Assembly (NCBI GenBank): GCA_038245295.1
Contig: JBBRSP010000014.1
Coordinates: forward strand, 32,001 to 96,000
Length of the DNA: 64,000 bases
Origin: Candidatus Binatia bacterium
GTDB taxonomy: Bacteria > Desulfobacterota > Binatia > HRBIN30
Reading direction: 5' to 3'
Shown: piece after piece, positions 8,804 through 17,420 of the stretch
Layout: each line of letters opens with the position of its first letter
How positions within the stretch are numbered: position 1 is the first letter of the stretch
Notes under the pieces: model-generated
Database searches by the model: none
What the model was told of the DNA's origin: nothing
The model's input: only the letters and a program-made list of their open reading frames with translations
Position numbers and translations under genes: made by a program

Positions 8804-10047
8804 GTCGTGGGTCCCTCGGATGCAGTCGTCATCGTCGATTGGCGCATCACCTCCGGCAGCAGCGCCGCGGCCGGAGGCGGCTTGTGGCGCAAGCGACGGA
8901 AGAAACTCAATGTGTCGTGCACCAATGCTAAACTCCAGTCGCCTGGTTGCCGAATCGCGGACACTTTTTCCTTATTGACCAACAGCGTATCGATTAGCCG
9001 CCTCTCGTCGGCGCGCTGATTGAGCTTCACGTGATGTTCGAAGACAAAGAAGCGCGCATCGTTTTGTGGGCTTTCGAGCAACTCCGGCAAGCGCGGATCA
9101 CCGGTCAGATCGTAGTATTGAATGAGGGGCAAATTGACTCCGGAGAATGCGGATAGCTTCACCCACAACCACGAACGCCCATTGATCTCGAGTAGTTTGT
9201 ATTCGTCGTCCCGCGCATCGTACTTGAACTCGACCTGACTAATGCCTTGGAAACCCGCCGCATCGAGGAGGCGCCGCGCCGCGTCGAACACACGCGGCGG
9301 CAGGGTCATCGTCTCGGAGACACTCGCCATGCCGTGGTAGTAGGGATATTGTGTGCGTTTGCGTCCCGAATACGAACGCATGACCTTGCCGTCGCGGCCG
9401 CTGTAGGACCCGATCGTGTAGAGCTGGTCCGGTTCGCCCGGGATGTTCTCGGCCACCTGAAACTCGCGGCCGGCAAACTCTGCGGCGATCTCTGCCAGGG
9501 TGGCGCGCAACTGTTCCGGGGTTGCCAGGATGCGCAAGCGAAACACTTGATCACCGGCGGTCTCGGCACGTGAGGACGGCTTGATGATCAGTGGAAAGCG
9601 AAAGCCGTCGACGTCGGGAGTTGTACCCGCCGCGAACCGAACACAGCGCGGAATTGCCACACCGCTACGCTCGGCCAACTCATACTGCCAGTTCTTGGCA
9701 AAGATCTGCGTGCCGATCTGCGGCGCCGCCGGGACGTGGTAGCGCGCCGACAGGCGGTCGTAATTGAGAATCAGATCTTCCAGATCAGCGTCCGTGCTCG
9801 GGAACAGGATGCCGCGTCCCTCGAAGCGCTGCGCCAGACGAAGCAACGCATCCGTCAGCGTCTCACCGCGGCGGGGGTCGAAAGTCACCCGCTGCTTGGC
9901 AAACTGCGAGAAGCGTCCGTACGTCGGCGGCCATCGACGGTCGACCGTGATCATGTCCACGCCACCCAACTGCAGGGCATGGATGATCCCGATCCCAGCC
10001 GTCTCGGCGTTTACAACAACCGCCGGATTGCGGAGTGGTCGAGACAT
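8800..10047 (-). CDS. ATP-grasp carboxylate-amine ligase (D-aspartate-ligase-like)
   Basis: FPLIIKP, ENIPG, GISQVEFKYD.RD..YKLLEINGRSW, SGVNLP. Confidence 0.85.
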   Translation of the reverse strand: MSRPLRNPAVVVNAETAGIGIIHALQLGGVDMITVDRRWPPTYGRFSQFAKQRVTFDPRRGETLTDALLRLAQRFEGRGILFPSTDADLEDLILNYDRLSARYHVPAAPQIGTQIFAKNWQYELAERSGVAIPRCVRFAAGTTPDVDGFRFPLIIKPSSRAETAGDQVFRLRILATPEQLRATLAEIAAEFAGREFQVAENIPGEPDQLYTIGSYSGRDGKVMRSYSGRKRTQYPYYHGMASVSETMTLPPRVFDAARRLLDAAGFQGISQVEFKYDARDDEYKLLEINGRSWLWVKLSAFSGVNLPLIQYYDLTGDPRLPELLESPQNDARFFVFEHHVKLNQRADERRLIDTLLVNKEKVSAIRQPGDWSLALVHDTLSFFRRLRHKPPPAAALLPEVMRQSTMTTASEGPTT

Positions 10048-10053
10048 TGGCGA

Positions 10054-10809
10054 CTACTTCATCAAAAGCGTATCGGCCCGCAGGCCCTGGCGGATCGTCT
10101 CCAGCGAGATCACTTCGTTGGGCGGGATGTTGCCGAGGTTGACGTTGCAACCGAAGTGCTTGACCATCCAAACCTGCTGCACCTTCTGAGGAGCCTCAAA
10201 GATGAGGCGGCTCGAGTCGATTTGAACCTCGATCTCCTCGATCAGTCCGTGACGAATCTCGCCGCTCTCGCGATACAGGCCCACCGTACCGGATTCGCGG
10301 CCTTCCGTGACGACTTTTGCGGCGCCCGCTTCGAGCTCAGCCTTGATCTGCTTCACCCAGCGGTACGGCGCGACGACAACCGCGCTGTCCTTGCTGCCGA
10401 CCTCGGAAAACACCTTGAAGTCCTTGGCAAGGCGCTCGATGTACCCGAGCTTTTGGGCCTCGTTCATTTCGACGACACCGTCTGAAACCTCTACCAGACG
10501 TAGGCCCTTGTCCTTGAGGAAGGCGATGTACTCGTCGACCTTGCCGCGATGCACCGCCAACTCGAACATACTGCCGCCGCAGCACACTTCGACACCGTGT
10601 TTCTGCAACAGCGCGATCTTGGCGTCGAGATTCCCGACCACAACCGCCGTCGCCCAGCCGAACTTGACGATGTCCACGTACGGCGCGGCCACCTCCATCA
10701 TCTGCTCGATCTCGGCGATGGACATGCCTTTATCGAGCACGTGTGTGAGGCCCTTCTCGCGTGGTCGCAGGGTCCTGGTTGGATCACCGAAGAGGTCCTG
10801 AATACTCAT
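10054..10809 (-). CDS. comA: (2R)-phospho-3-sulfolactate synthase
   Basis: PRxxGLTHVLDKG, KFGWAT, EVSDG, SEVGSK, EGRESG, FEAP, NVNLGNI, LETIRQGLRADT: full ComA motif set. Confidence 0.93.
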   Translation of the reverse strand: MSIQDLFGDPTRTLRPREKGLTHVLDKGMSIAEIEQMMEVAAPYVDIVKFGWATAVVVGNLDAKIALLQKHGVEVCCGGSMFELAVHRGKVDEYIAFLKDKGLRLVEVSDGVVEMNEAQKLGYIERLAKDFKVFSEVGSKDSAVVVAPYRWVKQIKAELEAGAAKVVTEGRESGTVGLYRESGEIRHGLIEEIEVQIDSSRLIFEAPQKVQQVWMVKHFGCNVNLGNIPPNEVISLETIRQGLRADTLLMK

Positions 10810-10813
10810 AGTC

Positions 10814-12322
10814 TCACCATGCCTTGCCGATTCGTTGGGCGATCGCCGCGCGCAGCACTTCTGGGAAGCGCGTCGCCGATGCCTGCCTCTCGATCGCGCC
10901 GGTGTCCCGGCTTACTTGCTTCTGTAATTCGTTGGCCATGCGCCGCACTTCGCGCGGCGCACAACCACCGCGTGTGGCGCGTTGATGGACGATCTGGGCG
11001 GCGTCTAGCTCGCGCACCAGATCGCGCACGCGAGTCTTGAGGGCGCGCCCCGTGCGCTCCTTGAAACACCGGCTGAGTACGTCGGCCTCTGGTTGTTGAA
11101 CTTGTCGTTGCACCAACTCGCGCACTACGGCCCCAACAATCTCGTGCGCCGTGCGCGCATCGACACCCTCGTGCTGCAGCAGTAGGTCGGCGAGCTCAGT
11201 CGCCCAGGTTCCACCCGAGCGCGCCTGCTGCTCCAGGCGTGCGACGTCGAACTGCGCCTGCGCCACGACTTCGCCGAGCAGGTTCAGTATGGCGCGCACG
11301 GTTGCGGTGGCACGCGGCAACAGGTCATAGGCCGTGTTACGGTTGTCGAGCTGCCCCGAGGGCGTCTGATTGGTGGTGATGACGCTCACCAATTGCCCAA
11401 CCAACTCACGGGCTTTGCCACGGATGTGCGACAGCGCGTAGGGATTTTTCTTGTTCGGCATGATCACGCTGGTGCGGCAGTGGCGATCAGCCAGTTCCAC
11501 GAACCCGAATTCCTCGGTACTCCAGATCTGCAATTCCTCGGCGAGCCGGTCAGCGGTGGTGGCAAGCGACACCAGGATCGCCATGGCATTGATCGGCACA
11601 TCCGTCTGCCACATCGCGTCGCGGTTGTGTTCGGTCAGGGAAGAAAACCCGAGCAGTCGGCACAACCGGGCTCGATCCAAGGGCAGCAGCGAACCGTTTG
11701 TGCTGGCGCAACCGGCGGGTGAGGCGTTCAGCCCGGTTATCTCCTGACGCAGGCGCGATAGATCGCGAGCCAACGGATAGGCAAAACCCAGCAGGTAGTG
11801 GCCCAGCGTCGTTGGGTGGGCATGCTGAAGGTACGTGAAATCGGGCATGAGCGAGTCGACGTGACGGCGCGCCACATCGGTGATGGCATCGACGCAGCTC
11901 GAAACGTCATGCGCCAACGTCCGCATCGCGCCGCGCAGGTGGATGAGCCAGGCAATCGTCAGGGCCTCGCGGCGTGCCCGGCCGGCATGTATCCAACCAG
12001 CGGTCGCGCCCAGGCGTGCCTCGAGCGCGGCATCACGGTTGTTGTAGAGGTCACCCCATTTGGCATCGAGGCGAAGGGCCATCAGCCCGCCTTTGTGCAA
12101 GTCCACCAGGGCCCGCAGCAACTGGTGACCGGGCTTCTCCGGGATCACACCCTGCTCGATGAGCATCAGGGCGTGCGCCAGATCGGCGTAGCTCAGTCCG
12201 TCGAACAACACGTCGGCATATTCGAGCTCGGTGCGAAACGTGTCGACCAATGCCGGCGATGGTGGTTCGACGAGTCGCGAGCCGACTCCAAGCTGATGTT
12301 TACGCTGACGTTGAACGGCCAT
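10814..12322 (-). CDS. Argininosuccinate-lyase (aspartase/fumarase) superfamily lyase with altered substrate motifs; XcbC-like candidate
   Basis: Region 1 HAGRARRE (ArgH: HTGRSRND), region 2 MPDFTYLQHAHP (ArgH: MPGYTHLQRAQP), region 3 TSVIMPNKKNP (ArgH: GSSIMPQKKNP). Confidence 0.85.
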   Translation of the reverse strand: MAVQRQRKHQLGVGSRLVEPPSPALVDTFRTELEYADVLFDGLSYADLAHALMLIEQGVIPEKPGHQLLRALVDLHKGGLMALRLDAKWGDLYNNRDAALEARLGATAGWIHAGRARREALTIAWLIHLRGAMRTLAHDVSSCVDAITDVARRHVDSLMPDFTYLQHAHPTTLGHYLLGFAYPLARDLSRLRQEITGLNASPAGCASTNGSLLPLDRARLCRLLGFSSLTEHNRDAMWQTDVPINAMAILVSLATTADRLAEELQIWSTEEFGFVELADRHCRTSVIMPNKKNPYALSHIRGKARELVGQLVSVITTNQTPSGQLDNRNTAYDLLPRATATVRAILNLLGEVVAQAQFDVARLEQQARSGGTWATELADLLLQHEGVDARTAHEIVGAVVRELVQRQVQQPEADVLSRCFKERTGRALKTRVRDLVRELDAAQIVHQRATRGGCAPREVRRMANELQKQVSRDTGAIERQASATRFPEVLRAAIAQRIGKAW

Positions 12323-12331
12323 TTTCGTCTC

Positions 12332-13531
12332 TCAGTGCAGCACAAACTCGGCCGCCGACGCGCCGGCGATACGGCCGTGAACCAACGAATCGGTGATGCC
12401 GTTTCCCATGAGCCGATTGCGACCGTGTAGTCCGCCGGTCATCTCGCCGGCCAGGAACAATCCCGGAATCGCCGAGGCGCAGCGCGGCGTGATCCGAAAT
12501 CCACCAAGGTGATAGTGCAGGAACGGGTAGATCAGGATGTCCTGTCCGAGCCGACCGGTACGCTCGAGGTACTGGTGAACTTTAGGGAAGACTCCGACGA
12601 GTGTCGACTCCGGCACGTCGCCGATCGTTAGCCACACGCCCGGACCGTCGTCGCTCTCCACCATGTCGCCCGAAGCCAGCAGCTCGAACATATGCTGCGT
12701 CAACGCGTAGCGATCTTGACCGGGTTCGCCGACTACGCGGCGATGGCGGTCCAGAATCCGCACCGGATAGTTCACGATGCTTTCCGGCACACACTTCCCG
12801 ATGTCATCGCGCTGCGAACCAACGATCCCAAAGGGTTGATACTGAAAGAATTCGGCGTGTACTGTTTCCAATCCCAACGCCTTCAGCAGGTCGATCATCC
12901 GATGATTGATGTTCTCTGGATTGGTGGTCGGTTGATGGCGGCGTTGTGATTCATGAAATGTCATGCCGCCGGTGCAGACAACGACGCTGCGAGCCTCGAT
13001 CTCGGAATCCTCGCCCTTGGGATCGCGCAAGCGTAGGACAAAGGAATGCTGACGCACGTCGATGGCAACAACTTCACGGTTTGCCATGGGTTCGACACCA
13101 GACTCCTGCATACGCGAACGCAGCACCTTGATGATCGCCGGGCCAATCTGATCCTTGACGGAAACGATGCGCGGCTCACTGATGCCGCCGGCCCGACGGC
13201 GTACAAGGCGACCATCTTGATCGCGGTCGAAGTCGAGCCCCCAACCTTCGAGAAGCGCAACGGTGGGCGCGACATGCGTCACAAAATTCCGCACCAGCTC
13301 GAGGTCGAGATCGATCCGCGCCGAACGCACGATATCGTCCACGAAGCTTTGCAGCGAATGTTCCGCAGGCAACGGCAACTGCAGACCGCCTTGCGCCATG
13401 CGCGAGTTCGACTTCCCAAGCGGGCCGTCGGAAACCACGGCACAATCGGTGCGTTCCACGGCGGCGATCGCCGCCATCATGCCGGCCGCTCCGCTTCCAA
13501 TTACGACAACGTTGCGCACGACACCAACCAA
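12332..13531 (-). CDS. FAD-dependent oxidoreductase, SdhA/FrdA/NadB flavoprotein family, lacking the C-terminal helical domain
   Basis: VVVIGSGAAG, SNSRMAQGG, TGG, PFLHYHLGG, AGEMTGGLHGRNRLMGNG. Only 399 aa; start codon uncertain (TTG). Confidence 0.85.
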   Translation of the reverse strand: MVGVVRNVVVIGSGAAGMMAAIAAVERTDCAVVSDGPLGKSNSRMAQGGLQLPLPAEHSLQSFVDDIVRSARIDLDLELVRNFVTHVAPTVALLEGWGLDFDRDQDGRLVRRRAGGISEPRIVSVKDQIGPAIIKVLRSRMQESGVEPMANREVVAIDVRQHSFVLRLRDPKGEDSEIEARSVVVCTGGMTFHESQRRHQPTTNPENINHRMIDLLKALGLETVHAEFFQYQPFGIVGSQRDDIGKCVPESIVNYPVRILDRHRRVVGEPGQDRYALTQHMFELLASGDMVESDDGPGVWLTIGDVPESTLVGVFPKVHQYLERTGRLGQDILIYPFLHYHLGGFRITPRCASAIPGLFLAGEMTGGLHGRNRLMGNGITDSLVHGRIAGASAAEFVLH

Positions 13532-13544
13532 GTCCGCAGACGGT

Positions 13545-14294
13545 TCAACCTCGTTTTTCGCAGACCAACATCCAGGTATTCACATCCTTCCCTGGAATCG
13601 CCTCGAGTGCGTGAATGAGCAGGCGCGCCAATCCGCCCAACCGGAAGCGCAAGCGGTTGATGCGGCGCTGCAGCGGGAAATGGCGCAGAATGCCGTCCAT
13701 GCGCTGCACCTCGAAGCCGTTCTGAATCATCTCCTGGCGCAACTCTTCGGGAGAATAGAGAACGTCGAAAATCTTGTAGGTATCGACGCCCTGGCGCTCG
13801 CGTTCGGCCTGCGAAACGTCGCGGTTGAGCGCGTCAACCAGCAGTGCTCCGTGCGGCCGCAAGACGCGTTGGATCTCGCGGTACAGACGCACCCGATCCT
13901 CCGCCTGGAAGTGCCGAATGAAACGACAGGTGTAGACGACATCGAACGACGCATCCTGGAACGGTAGGCGGAACGCGTCCGTGCGCAAGAACGACCACAC
14001 ACCGGCTTGCCCGCCCATTCGTTGTTGGGCCGTTTCGAGCATCGGCTGGCTGGCGTCGATGGCGACGCCGAAGGGCACGGCGCGCATCTCGGCGGTGAGG
14101 CGACCGGGGCCACAGGCGATCTCGAGCGCGGTACGGACGCCGCGCGCCGCCATCACCTCGTTGAGGAACGTGATCTGCCGATCATGCAGCAGGCCGTTCA
14201 GCGGCTGAGCGGTGCGTTTGTGCATGTACGCATCCACCACACCGCGGTCTTGGTAGTAGGACTTGAGGTCGTCCGGTCGATCGAGGGGGCTCAT
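13545..14294 (-). CDS. Class I SAM-dependent methyltransferase
   Basis: LEIACGPGR, DAFRLPFQDASFDVV, RVLRPHG. Start reset to ATG 14294 (ATGA overlap). Confidence 0.9.
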   Translation of the reverse strand: MSPLDRPDDLKSYYQDRGVVDAYMHKRTAQPLNGLLHDRQITFLNEVMAARGVRTALEIACGPGRLTAEMRAVPFGVAIDASQPMLETAQQRMGGQAGVWSFLRTDAFRLPFQDASFDVVYTCRFIRHFQAEDRVRLYREIQRVLRPHGALLVDALNRDVSQAERERQGVDTYKIFDVLYSPEELRQEMIQNGFEVQRMDGILRHFPLQRRINRLRFRLGGLARLLIHALEAIPGKDVNTWMLVCEKRG

Positions 14295-15286
14295 GCGGTA
14301 ATTGAATCCAGTTGAGGTTGTTGGCGCAACGAGGCGAATGTTCGCCGCAGGCCTTCCCCGACATCCACTGCTGGTTGCCAGCCGAGCTCCTGGTGGGCAC
14401 GGGTACAATCGAACCAGGCGCGATCGGTCGCGCGGCGCACTTGATAGTACGTCACCGGTGAACGACGACGCGCCAAACCCAATATCCGTTCGGCCAGACG
14501 CGCGGCAGCGGCGACCGCTGGAACCGGCAGGTACACCGCCTTCCAGTGCTCCTCGGCAGCTGCCTGGTAGAGCGCAACATACTCGCGCTGCGGCACGTTC
14601 GCGTCGACGATTGTGTAGGCTCGGCCTTCTATGCCCGGAACCGTGAGAGCCAGCCAGACGGCATCCGCTACGTTGTCGACGTAGGTCATCGGCAATGGAT
14701 ACTCGGGGCGCGCCAACAGCAGCTTGTAGCCGCCGCGCGAAAAGCTCTGACGCGCCAGCGGCGGACGTTTACCCGGGCCGTAGAGCAGCCCCGGACGCAA
14801 CACGACAACCGGGGCGCCGTGTTGCGCTTCCCAAACGGCGACACGATCCGCGGCAAGCTTCGATCGGCTGTAGTGGCCGCGAGCGTTCGACTCACTTTCG
14901 TACGGGCTATCCTCGCTGATCGTCACGCCGTCCTGGTCGACGCCATAGATCGCCAGCGAACTGATGTGCACGATGCGTTTGACACCGGCAGCACGTGCAA
15001 GACGGATCAGGCGACGCGTGCCGCGAATGTTAGCCTCGGCAAACTCCTCCCAGGGGCCTGTCGTTTCGACGCGCGCCGCCGCATGCACGACGGCATCGAC
15101 ACCCTGCAAGGCGTTGCGAATCGACTCTTCGTTGGCAAGGTCACCTTCGGCCAGCTCAACGCCGGGGCAATTCTGACTGCGGCCCGGGCGCACGAACGCC
15201 CGCACCTCGACGTCGCCTTGCCGTTGCAGCCGAGCCACGATCGCTCGCCCAAGGAAACCGTTCGCTCCAGTAACGAGAACTCGCAC
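14291..15286 (-). CDS. NAD-dependent epimerase/dehydratase (extended SDR)
   Basis: TGANGFLG, HISS, YSRSK (YxxxK), LRPGLLYGPG. Confidence 0.9.
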   Translation of the reverse strand: MRVLVTGANGFLGRAIVARLQRQGDVEVRAFVRPGRSQNCPGVELAEGDLANEESIRNALQGVDAVVHAAARVETTGPWEEFAEANIRGTRRLIRLARAAGVKRIVHISSLAIYGVDQDGVTISEDSPYESESNARGHYSRSKLAADRVAVWEAQHGAPVVVLRPGLLYGPGKRPPLARQSFSRGGYKLLLARPEYPLPMTYVDNVADAVWLALTVPGIEGRAYTIVDANVPQREYVALYQAAAEEHWKAVYLPVPAVAAAARLAERILGLARRRSPVTYYQVRRATDRAWFDCTRAHQELGWQPAVDVGEGLRRTFASLRQQPQLDSITA

Positions 15287-15295
15287 GCAACCTTC

Positions 15296-16366
15296 CTACG
15301 CGGCCGCCAACGATGCCGGACGCATTGCGACGCCCGCTCCGGCCCAGACCTTTTCCAAGAGCGCCACTGCCTCGCGTCCCTCCATGGCCGAGACCGGAGG
15401 CGGCTCGCCATGCGCCAGGGCGCGATAAAGAGCCCGGAAGTGCATCCCCATGCCCGGGTAGAAGCGCTGTGTGCCGGTAACGAAGCCGATGCCGTTCACC
15501 ACGGTCGCGCGCATCAGCTGGCTCGCCTCCTCTAGATTCGGCAGCACTTTGCCGACGAGTTTGGGAGCCTTACGGGTCTGGCGCGTCACCAATGTCATGT
15601 TGTTCAAATTCACTTCGGCGGTGATCTTGGAGCCGAACAATGTGACGCGATTCTGCGGCGGACGGGTGTTGGTTGTAATCGTCAAACTCCCCAAGGCATT
15701 GGCCCCATCCACAACGGCGCGCACCTCTTCGAGACTGCCCTGCGGCGTCTTACGAGCGACAACATGTACGTCGGCGATGCTGCCCACCAGGCCTCGCAGC
15801 AAGTAGATGGGATGTGGCGCCAGATCGTACAAGATGCCGCCCGGCAGAGATGCCTTCCAGTGGCCGGGATCAGGTAGATCCGCTTCCCCGACCGCCGCAC
15901 CGGCGAAGACGTCGACACCCACCAGATCTCCGAGCTTGCCACTCTCCAACAATCCGCGGGCCGCCTGCATCACGGGGTCGAACCAGCGATTGTGATCGAC
16001 CGTCAGGAAGCGGTTGGCGCTCTTGGCGGCGGCAATCATCGCGTCGGCCTCGGCCGCCGTGAGAGACATGGGCTTCTCGACCACAACGTGCAGACCGGCA
16101 GCCAACAATTCCATCGCGAGTTGGGCATGGCTGGCAGGCGGGGTCAGGAGGTGGACGACATCGGGCTGGCCGGCAGCCAGCAACTCCTCGATGTCGGCGT
16201 AACTCGGAACCTGCCAGCGGCTCGTGAAGCGCTCGCGACTTTCACGACTTAGGTCGCAGGCCCCGATAAATTCCACCTCCGGCACCTGACGCAGGTAACC
16301 AGCGTGTACATCAGCGATCCGCCCGCACCCGACAAGGGCGACGCGGAAACGCGCAGAAGCAGTCAT
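15296..16366 (-). CDS. Gfo/Idh/MocA family oxidoreductase (probable NDP-sugar dehydrogenase)
   Basis: VGCGRIA, HVVVEKP, GGILYDLAPH. Confidence 0.9.
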   Translation of the reverse strand: MTASARFRVALVGCGRIADVHAGYLRQVPEVEFIGACDLSRESRERFTSRWQVPSYADIEELLAAGQPDVVHLLTPPASHAQLAMELLAAGLHVVVEKPMSLTAAEADAMIAAAKSANRFLTVDHNRWFDPVMQAARGLLESGKLGDLVGVDVFAGAAVGEADLPDPGHWKASLPGGILYDLAPHPIYLLRGLVGSIADVHVVARKTPQGSLEEVRAVVDGANALGSLTITTNTRPPQNRVTLFGSKITAEVNLNNMTLVTRQTRKAPKLVGKVLPNLEEASQLMRATVVNGIGFVTGTQRFYPGMGMHFRALYRALAHGEPPPVSAMEGREAVALLEKVWAGAGVAMRPASLAAA

Positions 16367-16392
16367 CTATTTGAAATCGACTCTCGTTTACT

Positions 16393-17400
16393 TCAGGCCG
16401 GGACGCGCTGGCGGCTATTGCGCTGCAGCTGCTTGACGTTGTGGTAGACCTCGTCGCCGTAGTTGTGGACCTCGCCACGCTGCAAAACCGAGTGCACTTC
16501 ACGGATGGCGTCGTCCACCGTGCGTAGCGGCACGAAGCCGAGTTTGGCGCGAATGTGATCGAAGGATACCTTGTAGCTGCGACGATCCTCGATGTGATCG
16601 AAGTTTTCGATCTGCGTCCCGGGAATATGGGCAGCCACACGCTCGGCAATCTCGCCGACGGTGTAATTCAAATGTTCGCCGCCGACATTGAAGATGCCAC
16701 GGTTGGCCACATCGGCAGGCGCCTCGACGGAACGCAAGAAGGCTTCGGCAGCGTCCTGGACGTGGATATGCGGGCGCCACTGTGCCGCACCGACGATCCG
16801 TACACGTCCTTCAACGCTCGCACGCGCCGTGATGGTGTTGACCATCAAGTCAAAGCGCATGCGCGGTGACAGTCCGCAGACCGTCGACAGACGCAGGATC
16901 ACGACCTCGACCTTGCCATGCTCCTGGAGCAAGACATCTTCCGACATGATGCGGGTCCGAGCATAGAGAGAAACCGGGTTGAGGTGGGACGATTCGGTCA
17001 ACAACTCGCTGCCGTTGGCCCCGTACACGCTGCACGAGGAGGCAAAAACGATACGTTTCGCATCCGCTTCGCGGCAAGCCTCGAGCAAACAACGCGTCGA
17101 TTCGTAATTCGTGGTCAGGGCCTCGCGCGGGTCGAGATCGCAGGCGGCGTCGCCGACGAGAGCAGCCAGGGCGACAACCGCACGCACGCCCTTCACGGCC
17201 TGAACGACGTCGCGAATATTACAGATGTCGCCGTAGCGCAGTTCGAAGTTGGGATCACCGCGGAGTTCGGAAACGCCATGCTCGCCGTACAGGAACTTGT
17301 CCAGGACTCGGACTTTGTAGCCGCGCTGTAGAAGCTTGCGCACGAGGTGCGAGCCGATATATCCCGCGCCTCCGGTAACGAGCACCGTTTCCTTGTCCAT
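16393..17400 (-). CDS. NDP-sugar epimerase/dehydratase (extended SDR)
   Basis: TGGAGYIGS, LAALVGD, ASSCSVYG, RMRFDLMVN. YxxxK appears as YARTR. ATG 17400 with GGAGG RBS. Confidence 0.88.
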   Translation of the reverse strand: MDKETVLVTGGAGYIGSHLVRKLLQRGYKVRVLDKFLYGEHGVSELRGDPNFELRYGDICNIRDVVQAVKGVRAVVALAALVGDAACDLDPREALTTNYESTRCLLEACREADAKRIVFASSCSVYGANGSELLTESSHLNPVSLYARTRIMSEDVLLQEHGKVEVVILRLSTVCGLSPRMRFDLMVNTITARASVEGRVRIVGAAQWRPHIHVQDAAEAFLRSVEAPADVANRGIFNVGGEHLNYTVGEIAERVAAHIPGTQIENFDHIEDRRSYKVSFDHIRAKLGFVPLRTVDDAIREVHSVLQRGEVHNYGDEVYHNVKQLQRNSRQRVPA

Positions 17401-17420
17401 GACCCCTCCCTGAATACTCT

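Noticed and set aside
10054..10809. comA as evidence of coenzyme M synthesis or methanogenesis
   Set aside because: No comB/C/DE, xcbA/D/E or alkene-metabolism genes recognised; context is a polysaccharide operon.
10814..12322. Calling this gene argH
   Set aside because: SRND, THLQ and GSS motifs are altered and no arginine genes are nearby.
12332..13531. Calling this gene nadB, sdhA or frdA
   Set aside because: Too short, substrate residues altered, no nadA/nadC or sdhB/C neighbours.
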